Source: a virus
Lineage: Duplodnaviria; Heunggongvirae; Uroviricota; Caudoviricetes; Crassvirales
Reading direction: 5' to 3' (one strand)
DNA length: 64,000 bases
Virus record (IMG/VR): IMGVR_UViG_3300033069_000976
Span: 29,013-93,012 of that record
Shown: positions 41,460 through 50,112 of the stretch, one piece after another
Position numbering within the stretch: the first letter of the stretch is position 1
Layout of the letters: the number at the start of each line of letters is the position of its first letter
Translations under genes and position numbers: made by a program
The notes under the pieces: model-generated
The model's input: the letters and a program-made list of their open reading frames with translations, nothing else
The model's database searches: none
Told to the model about the DNA's origin: nothing

Positions 41460-41800
41460 TATATAATCTGCTTTAAGTGTGCGTGAATCTCTGCCAAAGC
41501 CTTATTATTTTTATACAACCTAAAAAGCTGCCAATTAAACTCATCAACAGCACAATTAACTACTAACTCAGGTATTTTTTCTGGATCTCCCACTTCTTCC
41601 TGTGATACATAAATAGTATTTAACCTACTCTTTATGGAAGCAATAACATCTTCTGTATAGTTATTCTCTTCTTTTAATCTTTCTAGTACTGATAAAAGTT
41701 TTACCTCCTGTGGATCTTTAGTAGTTATTCCAGAAGTACCTGGAGGTAATTGACCAGGACTTCCTAATTTACAGTCGGTTCTAATTACATCATTATGCAT
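41459..41800 (-). CDS. Hypothetical protein (113 aa)
   Basis: ORF. Confidence 0.4.
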   Translation of the reverse strand: MHNDVIRTDCKLGSPGQLPPGTSGITTKDPQEVKLLSVLERLKEENNYTEDVIASIKSRLNTIYVSQEEVGDPEKIPELVVNCAVDEFNWQLFRLYKNNKALAEIHAHLKQII

Positions 41801-41812
41801 ATATTTTGTTTT

Positions 41813-42598
41813 TTATTTTAATAATAATATTGTTGCAGCTACTGCTCCAGCAGCTATGAGTACTCTTTCTAACCATCTAGGTTTAGGTGGTGGATCATAA
41901 AAGCTTGAGGATAAACCAGTTGTCTTTATATAATCATTGGTATGGGTTATAATAACCTCAAGCTTGGGTTTCTTGTATATCCTGCGTTTACCATTTATAT
42001 CTTTCTTGAACCACCCACCTGTAGTGGCAAATACTATATTCTGTGTATCAGGAAGGCTTAGGGAATCTATCCTGAACTTCTCCTTTGTAACTGTGCCTTT
42101 AAAGTATAGGTCTGTAGTATCCAGTACAGCTACTTTAGGGACACGAATTACGTTTGAATCACAACTGTCATACTGGATAGGCGGTAGATAGAAATCTGTT
42201 TCTTCTTCCTCATATGGAACATCTACATTTACTACGCTAGTATTAGTTTGAATCTTAGCATAGGCTTTTACCTTCTTTATACTGTTAGCAAGGGATTTCT
42301 TTAGATTCATATTATCCAGTGCTAATTCTTTTATATCTCCTTGATTATCAGTTATAATCACATTCTGTCTCACAACCTCATCTCCTAATTTATTCTTCTC
42401 AATAACCATAGTCTGTAGAGCCAAGGAAGTAGAGTCCAACTTAATCTGTTTAGCATTAAGTTCTCCCCTCCTACACTGGTCCAGCGAAATTAACCCTATT
42501 ATCAACCCTACTATAATAGTATATGTAATAAATCTTTCTTTTGTAAACCAAGTTTTTTTCATAATTTTCTTTTCTAAGTCTGTATATATTTCATTCAT
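41813..42598 (-). CDS. Membrane protein with N- and C-terminal transmembrane helices (261 aa)
   Basis: TIIVGLIIGLISL near the N-terminus and VLIAAGAVAATILLL at the C-terminus. Confidence 0.4.
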   Translation of the reverse strand: MNEIYTDLEKKIMKKTWFTKERFITYTIIVGLIIGLISLDQCRRGELNAKQIKLDSTSLALQTMVIEKNKLGDEVVRQNVIITDNQGDIKELALDNMNLKKSLANSIKKVKAYAKIQTNTSVVNVDVPYEEEETDFYLPPIQYDSCDSNVIRVPKVAVLDTTDLYFKGTVTKEKFRIDSLSLPDTQNIVFATTGGWFKKDINGKRRIYKKPKLEVIITHTNDYIKTTGLSSSFYDPPPKPRWLERVLIAAGAVAATILLLK

Positions 42599-42640
42599 AT
42601 ACCTAATAGTTTTGTTATATATCTAAATGTGTTTATGTCT

Positions 42641-43078
42641 TTACATTCCATATTGATTTCCTTTATAATTCTTTTTACCATTTATTTTAGCATGATTCTC
42701 ATTTTCTAGTTTAGAAACCCATTCTAAATTATCTACATGATTGTTATTTTTATCACAATCTTTATGATTTATTTCTATCTTATTTTCTGGGTTTAATAGG
42801 AAATATTCTCCTACCAATCTGTGAACTAAGAACTTTTTAGATTTTCCATTCTTTTTTAATTCCACTATTAAATAGCCAGTATTATTTTTAAATGGTAATT
42901 TCTCCTTTGCTTTAGAAATTCTCTCTGATTTTGTTCCAAATCTATTACCACATTTAATAACTCTTGATAATGAGATTATTTTTCCAATATTTGAAATTTG
43001 ATAGAAACCCTCATAACCTTTAATATCTTTCCAAAATGTAGATGATATAACTTCTTCCATACTAAGTTTATTCTCCAT
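42641..43078 (-). CDS. HNH homing endonuclease (NUMOD4 + HNH_3 type, 145 aa)
   Basis: WKDIKGYEGFYQISNIGKI (NUMOD4) and INHKDCDKNNNHVDNLEWVSKLEN (HNH). Confidence 0.65.
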   Translation of the reverse strand: MENKLSMEEVISSTFWKDIKGYEGFYQISNIGKIISLSRVIKCGNRFGTKSERISKAKEKLPFKNNTGYLIVELKKNGKSKKFLVHRLVGEYFLLNPENKIEINHKDCDKNNNHVDNLEWVSKLENENHAKINGKKNYKGNQYGM

Positions 43079-43544
43079 AAAATGGTGTTATATGTATTTG
43101 TTTTAATATCTGTCTTAGTTCATTGATACATTTACATTCTCCTTCAAATAATGTTTCAGCTTTGTCAAATTTTTCTCCACCAGTAAAGTCTCCCTTTATT
43201 TTTAACTTATGGTCGCGAAAACCATAATTCAAAAAAACATTATAACACTTATATCCTCCAAAATTCTGTAAACCTGTACCAAATCTTTTATCTTCATTTA
43301 TCTCAAACCAATGGTCTATAGATTTAGCTTTTAAAATAAATCCACAACTTTCAATTTGTTCTTTAGTTAGATAAGGAACTCTTATTTCATTTCTATCTAC
43401 CCATTTAGACAAATCTTCTAATCTGTGAAATTTACAGATGATTTCTTTTTTCCACTCTACAGGCATTATATCCTGTATCTCACATTCATACCCAACTCTT
43501 ATATCTGAAATTTCAGGCTGAAAATATTTTAAATTGTCTTCCAT
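43068..43544 (-). CDS. Hypothetical protein (158 aa)
   Basis: ORF between the two HNH genes. Confidence 0.4.
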   Translation of the reverse strand: MEDNLKYFQPEISDIRVGYECEIQDIMPVEWKKEIICKFHRLEDLSKWVDRNEIRVPYLTKEQIESCGFILKAKSIDHWFEINEDKRFGTGLQNFGGYKCYNVFLNYGFRDHKLKIKGDFTGGEKFDKAETLFEGECKCINELRQILKQIHITPFYGE

Positions 43545-44068
43545 AGTCTTTTTGTTTTAATTCCATAAATAGTATTGTAATTCATATTTGGATAAAAGTT
43601 TTTATGAACTTCAGAAATTTTCATAGTTTTACACTTTTCTCTTATATCTAAAACTTGTTCTTTTGTTAATTTAGAGTTTATATTTTTCTCCCCATCCTGC
43701 CAAGTTTTGTCTTTTAATCCCAAATTCAATGCATGATTTATATTCTCAGAAGGTGTTACCCATTCTAAATTTGAAACCATAGCATTTGCTTTTATTCCAT
43801 CTTTATGATTTACCTGTGCTTTATTCTCAGGATTCTTTAAAAATACTTCTGCAACTATTCTATGTATAGTCTTAGATAATTGCTTTCCTCCTCCACATAA
43901 AGTAATTGCTGGATAACCATCATTAGTTAATCTACATTTCATTATGTAAGCTTTTCTTCTTATAAGTCCAGTATTAGATACTTCATAATATTCTTCATAA
44001 CCAGGAATATCTTTCCATATTTCATCTTCTATAGATGATGTAAAGTATTTATTTTCCATATTCCTCAA
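43529..44068 (-). CDS. HNH homing endonuclease (NUMOD4 + HNH_3 type, 179 aa)
   Basis: WKDIPGYEEYYEVSNTGLI and VNHKDGIKANAMVSNLEWVTPSEN. Confidence 0.65.
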   Translation of the reverse strand: MRNMENKYFTSSIEDEIWKDIPGYEEYYEVSNTGLIRRKAYIMKCRLTNDGYPAITLCGGGKQLSKTIHRIVAEVFLKNPENKAQVNHKDGIKANAMVSNLEWVTPSENINHALNLGLKDKTWQDGEKNINSKLTKEQVLDIREKCKTMKISEVHKNFYPNMNYNTIYGIKTKRLWKTI

Positions 44069-44399
44069 TTTTTTTCACTATTATATCATACATAATTTGT
44101 TCTTCTTTACTCAATTCTCTTGTAAATATCTGAGAATCAGTATGTTCTGCATTATATCTTTCCATACATTGCTTTGGAGTTAAGGGGTATAATACTTCGG
44201 TTTTATAACCATGTCTCTCTTTTACTATACCAAAGAACTCATCATACTCCTTTAAGAACTCTTCATTGTATTTGTAAGGCATTTCCATCCATTCCTCTTT
44301 AATCTTCATCCTGAAGGAAAGGATTAATCCTTCTAATTTTCTAATCTCTCTTTTTAAATTTTCATTTTCCTGAAGAGGTTCTACAATTAATTCACTCAT
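44049..44399 (-). CDS. Hypothetical protein (116 aa)
   Basis: ORF. Confidence 0.4.
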   Translation of the reverse strand: MSELIVEPLQENENLKREIRKLEGLILSFRMKIKEEWMEMPYKYNEEFLKEYDEFFGIVKERHGYKTEVLYPLTPKQCMERYNAEHTDSQIFTRELSKEEQIMYDIIVKKIEEYGK

Positions 44400-44466
44400 A
44401 TAAGTTTCCAGTTTAAATTATACACAAAGTTAGGACTTTTTTGCCAAACCATTTGTTAATGAATTG

Positions 44467-44841
44467 TTAATCCTTATTACAATATTTATCTTCTAAGGTT
44501 TTTAATACATTAAGAACTTCTATAATATCATCCATCTCAGGATAATAGAAGTAACCGAGATTATCAGAAGCCTCATCTCCAAAGTGTAAATGCCTTATAC
44601 CATCAAAATAAGCTGTTCCATGTAAGAGTACCTCATACTCTGTATTCTCGTCAAGGAAGTCTGAATTCATCGGGTAAGATACCCTATTAACCTGTATAAA
44701 GGTAAAACCACACTTATCTCCTAATAGATCATCTCCCTCTTCTTTCCAGTATAATCTGGAACCATCAGATAATTGTTCCCAGTGAGATTTTGTTTTAATC
44801 CTATTAAGAACATTCTCTAAAGTTGCATGTTTAATTTCCAT
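44467..44841 (-). CDS. Hypothetical protein (124 aa), first gene of the minus-strand block
   Basis: ORF adjacent to the divergent intergenic region. Confidence 0.4.
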   Translation of the reverse strand: MEIKHATLENVLNRIKTKSHWEQLSDGSRLYWKEEGDDLLGDKCGFTFIQVNRVSYPMNSDFLDENTEYEVLLHGTAYFDGIRHLHFGDEASDNLGYFYYPEMDDIIEVLNVLKTLEDKYCNKD

Positions 44842-45053
44842 ATAACAAAGATACTACTTTAAAATGGTTTAGAAAATTTTTTTTAAAATTTTTTTTGAAA
44901 AATATCTATGGGAATTTTTTTTTTAAAATATTGAAAACCAAAGATATACATCGGAAAGAGGGTGAATCCTCCCTCACCACCCCCTCTATAGTTTGTGGAT
45001 GGGTGTATTCCCCCGTCATTAACTTATTATTTAATTAACTAAATTTAATCAAA

Positions 45054-45515
45054 ATGGGAAATTTTGAAAGGTTTAAACTGGCTAACCGTAAAGCTGGTAA
45101 TGTTTCATTCTATGAGAAGGATGAATTGTTGGAAGACCTCAACCCAAGCACAGTGAGCTTGTTCTACAGTGCCAAAGCTGGATTATGGTACATGAGGCTG
45201 TCCAATGGTACTGATACTATCCAGATAGGCATCATGGATGAGTGTAAGCCAGAAAAGAATGTGCAGGACGCTGCTGATGAAATCAATGCTGCTGCTGGTG
45301 TTCTGAAGGTTGACCATAAGAACAAGAAGGCTTTGGCTACTATTGCCAAGCTTGAAGGGCTTGTTACAGGCTTCATAACAGAAACTTTCGACAGTGAAGA
45401 GAACTTCCTGTATGGTGGAGAGTCTGAGAAAGGATACTGGTTGAGAATCAGCCCTAATGCCCCAGGAACAAATACTCCTGTTGCAGAGCTTCAGTATGAG
45501 GCTGTTGTAGTGTAA
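45054..45515 (+). CDS. Hypothetical protein (153 aa) with markedly higher GC and a different codon usage from its neighbours
   Basis: ORF followed directly by a hairpin plus T-run terminator; frequent ctg/gtg/gac/aag codons. Confidence 0.55.
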   Translation: MGNFERFKLANRKAGNVSFYEKDELLEDLNPSTVSLFYSAKAGLWYMRLSNGTDTIQIGIMDECKPEKNVQDAADEINAAAGVLKVDHKNKKALATIAKLEGLVTGFITETFDSEENFLYGGESEKGYWLRISPNAPGTNTPVAELQYEAVVV

Positions 45516-45521
45516 TTAATT

Positions 45522-45554
45522 GAGAGAGAGTGACTCTATCACTCTCTTTCTTTT
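45522..45554 (+). terminator. Rho-independent terminator
   Basis: GAGAGAGAGTGA/TCACTCTCTTTC stem followed by TTTT. Confidence 0.6.
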
Positions 45555-45730
45555 ATATATATGGGTGGGATATTATATATCTTAGGGTGGGCTATATAAA
45601 ATTGTTGGTATCTCACGGCTTATAAAACACACTATTGATTTTGTAAGTCATTATTAATCAATTAGTTACAATATATTATAAATAATCACTATAAATAGCC
45701 TTGTATTACATAGTACTAGGTATTTATTTA

Positions 45731-45783
45731 TTGATAATCAATAAATATTTAGTGATTATCAATTATAATTCGTTGATTATCAA
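45731..45783. promoter_or_regulatory. Three phased palindromic sites TTGATAATCAA / GTGATTATCAA / TTGATTATCAA, centres about 20-22 bp apart (operator-like array)
   Basis: The perfect 19-bp palindrome TTTATTGATAATCAATAAA plus two further half-palindromic copies. A 4th copy at 46268..46278 shares the 15-mer GTTGATTATCAATGA with site C. Confidence 0.45.
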
Positions 45784-45857
45784 TGAAAATAGTGGAGTAA
45801 ACACATCTACTGCTTAATAACAATTAAATCAAATAATGTAAATCAATCAACTTTAGT

Positions 45858-45872
45858 CCTTAAATAGCATTA
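45858..45872 (+). promoter_or_regulatory. Conserved box CCTTAAATAGCATTA, copy 1. Further copies lie at 46333..46347, 47986..47999 and on the minus strand at 40573..40585.
   Basis: A 13-14-mer identical in 4 places, each 2-40 nt upstream of a start codon or an RNA region. Confidence 0.4.
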
Positions 45873-46261
45873 AAAACAAGTGTGGGTTGTATCTGTATTA
45901 CTTAGTCATGAATAAGTAGTATAAGCTCTAATAAATAAGCTCTGGTAATCTGTCATGGATTATTAACTTATCATTGTAAAGAGTGTATTATAACATATAG
46001 TTCTAATTAGTATGTTATAGCAGTAATGGATATATTACAGGGAATATACCTGCGAATACTCATTCTGTCCTAGATACTAAGGATATAGGTTATGATGACA
46101 AAATTTAGTGGAATAACTAGGTCATAACTTTCCTGAAGCAGATAGTGCTTAACAAATCAAGACTATCCTAAGGTTCTGACATATAGACTGGTGTTACCTG
46201 GAATATGTTAATAATATAACTAGGTTTATTGTAGATGTGTACCTAGTTATATTATTTTTAT
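45873..46261 (+). ncRNA. Candidate non-coding RNA (about 390 nt) between the conserved box and an intrinsic terminator
   Basis: No ORF of 20 or more codons. It ends in the hairpin ATAACTAGGT…ACCTAGTTAT plus ATTATTTTTA at 46215..46261. Confidence 0.35.
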
Positions 46262-46349
46262 AACTAGTTGATTATCAATGAGTTCAACACCTCTTCAGCT
46301 TATAAGGCATTAATAAAAACACCTAAAAACTAATAAATCAAACCTTAAA

Positions 46350-46511
46350 TAGCATTACAATGAAAAAGCTAGCTTATCAACAGTTTATCTCTGATCTTAA
46401 ACAAGATAAAGACTTTATATCTTTTAAGACTAAAGCTCATGATATTAAGAGTGGTTTTAGTTATGGTGTTGTAGTTGTTAATACTAATAGATTTCTTATT
46501 GAAAAACCTTT
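46350..46511 (+). CDS. Small hypothetical protein (53 aa)
   Basis: ATG 2 nt after the CCTTAAATAGCATTA box. Confidence 0.35.
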
Positions 46512-46525
46512 AAAATCATAATATT

Positions 46526-46738
46526 ATGGAAACAGGTACAATACATCATACTAAATGTCCTAACTGTGGTAATAATACAGTTGATGAATCAGGTGAGTGT
46601 CATTATGCTTATTGTGATGAAGAATCAGTTGATGATATGGTTGGTGAGAGAGAATTTATGCGTCATCAGGATAATCTTTCCGAAGATGAGCAGATGATAT
46701 ATATATATATAGACTTAAGCTTTAAAACTATTATATGA
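46526..46738 (+). CDS. Small Zn-ribbon-like protein (70 aa)
   Basis: CPNCG…CHYAYC motif. Confidence 0.4.
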   Translation: METGTIHHTKCPNCGNNTVDESGECHYAYCDEESVDDMVGEREFMRHQDNLSEDEQMIYIYIDLSFKTII

Positions 46739-46756
46739 TTACAAAAACAACCTTAT

Positions 46757-46960
46757 TTGATAACTTTTAAATTAAAGACCATGCAAGAAAAATGGTTATT
46801 AGTATGTGATGGGCGTATAATCGCTACATGTCTGGCTTCTTCACATAGGGGGGCTGTAGAGAAAATTGAAAGGTATGTCAGTTATATTGATTGGGCAGAA
46901 GGAGATATTCTCTCTGAAGCTGATTATATGGTTGAATTGAAAACTTCTTCTATTGTTTGA
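46757..46960 (+). CDS. Small hypothetical protein (67 aa)
   Basis: ORF. Confidence 0.35.
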   Translation: MITFKLKTMQEKWLLVCDGRIIATCLASSHRGAVEKIERYVSYIDWAEGDILSEADYMVELKTSSIV

Positions 46961-47125
46961 GGCTGTCTATCAAGACAGATACTTTGGAGAGCAATAGATT
47001 TCCGGTTAGAACTCATAGGGCGGAACCCTTGAAACCTATTAGTAGGGAGTTCTATTTTATACTGGCTTGCAACAGTATGTGTTAAGTGCAAGGCGTTAAT
47101 AATCTATGAGTCCCTGCTTATATGA

Positions 47126-47566
47126 GTGGGGATTCATTCTCTAAATACATTAAAAAGTATAACTATGAGAACAAACATAATAAGAATTGAACACCCTTCT
47201 GATGGTATAGGTTTATGGAGATCGGGTTATGATGAGAAACAATATAATACAATAGAAGACCATTCCTGTTATCTAGAAATATCTAAAAGACATATGGATC
47301 AAACAAGATTTCCTGCTTTTGCTTTTGATATAGAATTACAAAGACAAATAAGTTGGGAAGATGTTCAAGAATACAATTTTGCATTTAAAGATCTTGCTCA
47401 ACTTGAAACGGCTTTAACCAGAGAAGAATTGAAGGAATGTATAGAAGCCCTTGGTTTTAAAGTATTTATGTTAGACGTAACAGATTATTATGAATCATCA
47501 TATCAAATTGTTTTTATAAAAGAATCTATTGTTAACAAAAAGGATATATCATCCATGTTCTTATAA
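47126..47566 (+). CDS. Hypothetical protein (146 aa)
   Basis: ORF. Confidence 0.45.
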   Translation: MGIHSLNTLKSITMRTNIIRIEHPSDGIGLWRSGYDEKQYNTIEDHSCYLEISKRHMDQTRFPAFAFDIELQRQISWEDVQEYNFAFKDLAQLETALTREELKECIEALGFKVFMLDVTDYYESSYQIVFIKESIVNKKDISSMFL

Positions 47567-47990
47567 TATGAAAAATTTTAAAGAGTTAAGAAAATACTTG
47601 GCTGGTATACCAGCCATAAACTATGGGGGTTGTGGATATGCCGCCTTATTTATGTATCAATGGTTAAAGATACATAAACCAAAGTTGGAAGTAGAAATTG
47701 TATTTGGATATTGTTATGATACACCTTCTTATCATGACAATGATGCATATTTTAAGGGTGTGCATAGTATTACAAACTCTTGCAGTCATGCTTTTCTGAA
47801 AATTAAAAAGAAACATATTGACTGTAAAACAAATATAGATGTAAGACATTATCCATTTAATCACAATATTTCTGATCCTAAATTTGTATTAAAAGCTTTG
47901 GAGGATACAGATAATTGGAATTCAAGCTTTGACAGGAGTTGGGTGAGAATAATGGAGAACAACATTGGCATCAAATTATCGGACATTTAA
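47529..47990 (+). CDS. Hypothetical protein (153 aa)
   Basis: ORF; its stop overlaps copy 3 of the conserved box. Confidence 0.45.
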   Translation: MLTKRIYHPCSYNMKNFKELRKYLAGIPAINYGGCGYAALFMYQWLKIHKPKLEVEIVFGYCYDTPSYHDNDAYFKGVHSITNSCSHAFLKIKKKHIDCKTNIDVRHYPFNHNISDPKFVLKALEDTDNWNSSFDRSWVRIMENNIGIKLSDI

Positions 47991-48016
47991 ATAGCATTAA
48001 CACTAAAAACTAAAAA

Positions 48017-48394
48017 ATGACAACAATAATTATAATTCTAGCTTTAATTCTTTCTGGTTCTTTATGTTATTATTTATTTATATATAAATTATCCAGAAAA
48101 GAAAAAGAAATAATCAAAGGATGTATTAAACACTATGAAGCTGTAATCCAAATAGCTGAAGTGTCTGATAATTGGGAATACCTAATGACAGTAAATTGTG
48201 TGAATGAAGGTCTCTGTAATTATTTATGGTTTAAAAATATACCCAAAAAATTAAGAAAATGGGTTAAAAGAGTTCCATGTAGTTATAGAAAATTTTGGTA
48301 CATAATACCTTATTATTGTTATTCAAGAGATGAAGCTATTGAGGCTTTACAATACAGGGTAGATAGGATGAAAGAATTACTTCAAAAATACTAA
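48017..48394 (+). CDS. Hypothetical protein (125 aa) with an N-terminal transmembrane helix; paralog of 58691..59002
   Basis: The shared C-terminal motif is EAIEALQYRVDRMKELL versus IIDCLQFRVDKMKKIL. Confidence 0.45.
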   Translation: MTTIIIILALILSGSLCYYLFIYKLSRKEKEIIKGCIKHYEAVIQIAEVSDNWEYLMTVNCVNEGLCNYLWFKNIPKKLRKWVKRVPCSYRKFWYIIPYYCYSRDEAIEALQYRVDRMKELLQKY

Positions 48395-48816
48395 ATATAT
48401 TCCCAAAGTTGTCAGAGTGAGGGAAAAACTACAGTTAAAGACTCTATATTAGAGAACCAGAAACTTCTTAGTTATTAGTCTTAGGGGACAATCAGCTCGA
48501 GATGCCTAAGACGTGCTTAGTGTGAGAATCACTAACAAGGAGAATAAATAGAAATAAACTGAATCAGCTAACATGTAGATGGAAACATCATTAGGGTGAA
48601 GGGACATAGTAATATGTACAGACCAGCTAGACTCTGGAATAGCTAACCAGACAAAAAGGAATTCTTTTCATTAATGAGCCTTTTTTTGACACTAGGACTT
48701 GGAGTTACGAGAAAATATTAAAATGTTGTGGAAAGCTCCAAGCCTTCCCTATCAATTCTCATTAACATTTTAATACTTATTCATATGGTAGACATCAACG
48801 CTCTCATGAGCATAGA
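48395..48816 (+). ncRNA. ORF-free, relatively GC-rich region of about 420 nt with multiple stem-loops; candidate structured RNA
   Basis: GTCTTAGG…CCTAAGAC and TTAGTG…CACTAA hairpins. GC clearly above that of the flanking coding DNA. Confidence 0.3.
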
Positions 48817-49018
48817 CATGGTGTTGTATAAACAATGCCCAAAAAAACAATTTTACAAAGGGATTTTAGTATTAGATATTACAGATGGTACATACGGAGT
48901 AATTGACAGTGTACATGGCAAAATCGCCTATGTACAGTATAAAGATGGAATCCATACCATATCTGTAAATAATCTTCGTCGTCTTGTTGCTACGGATGAT
49001 AGAAGGCGATGGAATTAG
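48817..49018 (+). CDS. Small hypothetical protein (67 aa; the track ORF extends to 48728 but its N-terminal part looks non-coding)
   Basis: Internal ATG with a plausible sequence (MVLYKQCPKKQF). Confidence 0.35.
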
Positions 49019-49037
49019 TCGAAACAAATTGACAATT

Positions 49038-49072
49038 AAAGAGCGTTGGTAGAATAATCAACGCTCTTTTTC
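49038..49072 (+). terminator. Rho-independent terminator
   Basis: AGAGCGTTG…CAACGCTCT followed by TTTTT. Confidence 0.6.
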
Positions 49073-49359
49073 CATCTATTATTGTATTACTGTGTAAATC
49101 AGTAACAAAGAGAAAGGGTACAAAATTAACTGGGCATAGTTGGTATTAACCCAACATACTAAGCTGGTAGTATAAGTGACTATAAACAGTTTACCTTTTT
49201 CTTGGGGCTTATATCTTTGATTATTAGTGAGTTAGCTTACGAGACTAACTTTAAATGAGTCATTCACTGTTAATTCCAGCTTTAGATATAATGGAAACCT
49301 AGGCAATGAAGCAGCTTGATAATCAAAGTATTAGTGCGACACAAATAAAAACTAAACAT

Positions 49360-49671
49360 ATGAAAAAGGTAAAACTTACCAAAGAGAATGAATTTAATCT
49401 CAGAATGCTCTTAATAGGAATAGCTATGGCTTTGCTATTATTACAAAGCTGCAATAAACCAAAATTAAATAATGAGACTATTTATGTCGAATATTTCAAA
49501 AAAGGATATATTATATATCCTGATTATGTATGTTCTGACACTATGATTGTAAGAGATCATATAGGTCTTAATAAAGCTTTGGCTTATTTGGAACAGACAA
49601 ACTCATCATTAGTAGAAACTGATGATGAAATTGACAGTTTATTTCATCAATATTGTATAATTAAACCATAA
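49360..49671 (+). CDS. Putative lipoprotein (104 aa from the internal start; the track ORF starts at 49306)
   Basis: MKKVKLT…LLIGIAMALLLLQSCNKPK signal-peptide/lipobox-like. Confidence 0.45.
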   Translation: MKKVKLTKENEFNLRMLLIGIAMALLLLQSCNKPKLNNETIYVEYFKKGYIIYPDYVCSDTMIVRDHIGLNKALAYLEQTNSSLVETDDEIDSLFHQYCIIKP

Positions 49672-49844
49672 AAACAATGATAAAGTTAATAATAATGATT
49701 TTTGCATATTTTCTTATTTGGTGTGCAATAAATCTAAAACGTAGTGGAACAAGTAAGATTTATTTATTTGATAAACACTGGTGGATACAATTAATATTAG
49801 TATCTATAGGTGGTTTAATTCTACACAATATTAAATAACAATAT

Positions 49845-50090
49845 ATGAGAAATTTTATAATAACCCACGAAAATGTAGATACTGGAGAGTTCTTTTTCAG
49901 TACAGATCATTGTCAAAAGCATAATCTTGGGGATCGCTGGGTTCCATGTACATATGGACCATTACCAGGACATGTAGCTCCAAGACCTTCTCTATCTACT
50001 GGTATTATCAATAATAAAGAAGATTATCTTAAGGTATTTGGTGTAAATAAAAAACAAATTCTTAATCCACAACCTGAATATCAGGCTTAA
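49845..50090 (+). CDS. Hypothetical protein (81 aa)
   Basis: ORF. Confidence 0.4.
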   Translation: MRNFIITHENVDTGEFFFSTDHCQKHNLGDRWVPCTYGPLPGHVAPRPSLSTGIINNKEDYLKVFGVNKKQILNPQPEYQA

Positions 50091-50112
50091 ATAACAATTA
50101 AAATTCAAGCTT

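Noticed and set aside
44842-46350. Integrase/attP module near the tRNA-like fragment
   Set aside because: No tyrosine- or serine-recombinase motifs were seen in any ORF of the window. The attP idea rests only on the tRNA 3' fragment.
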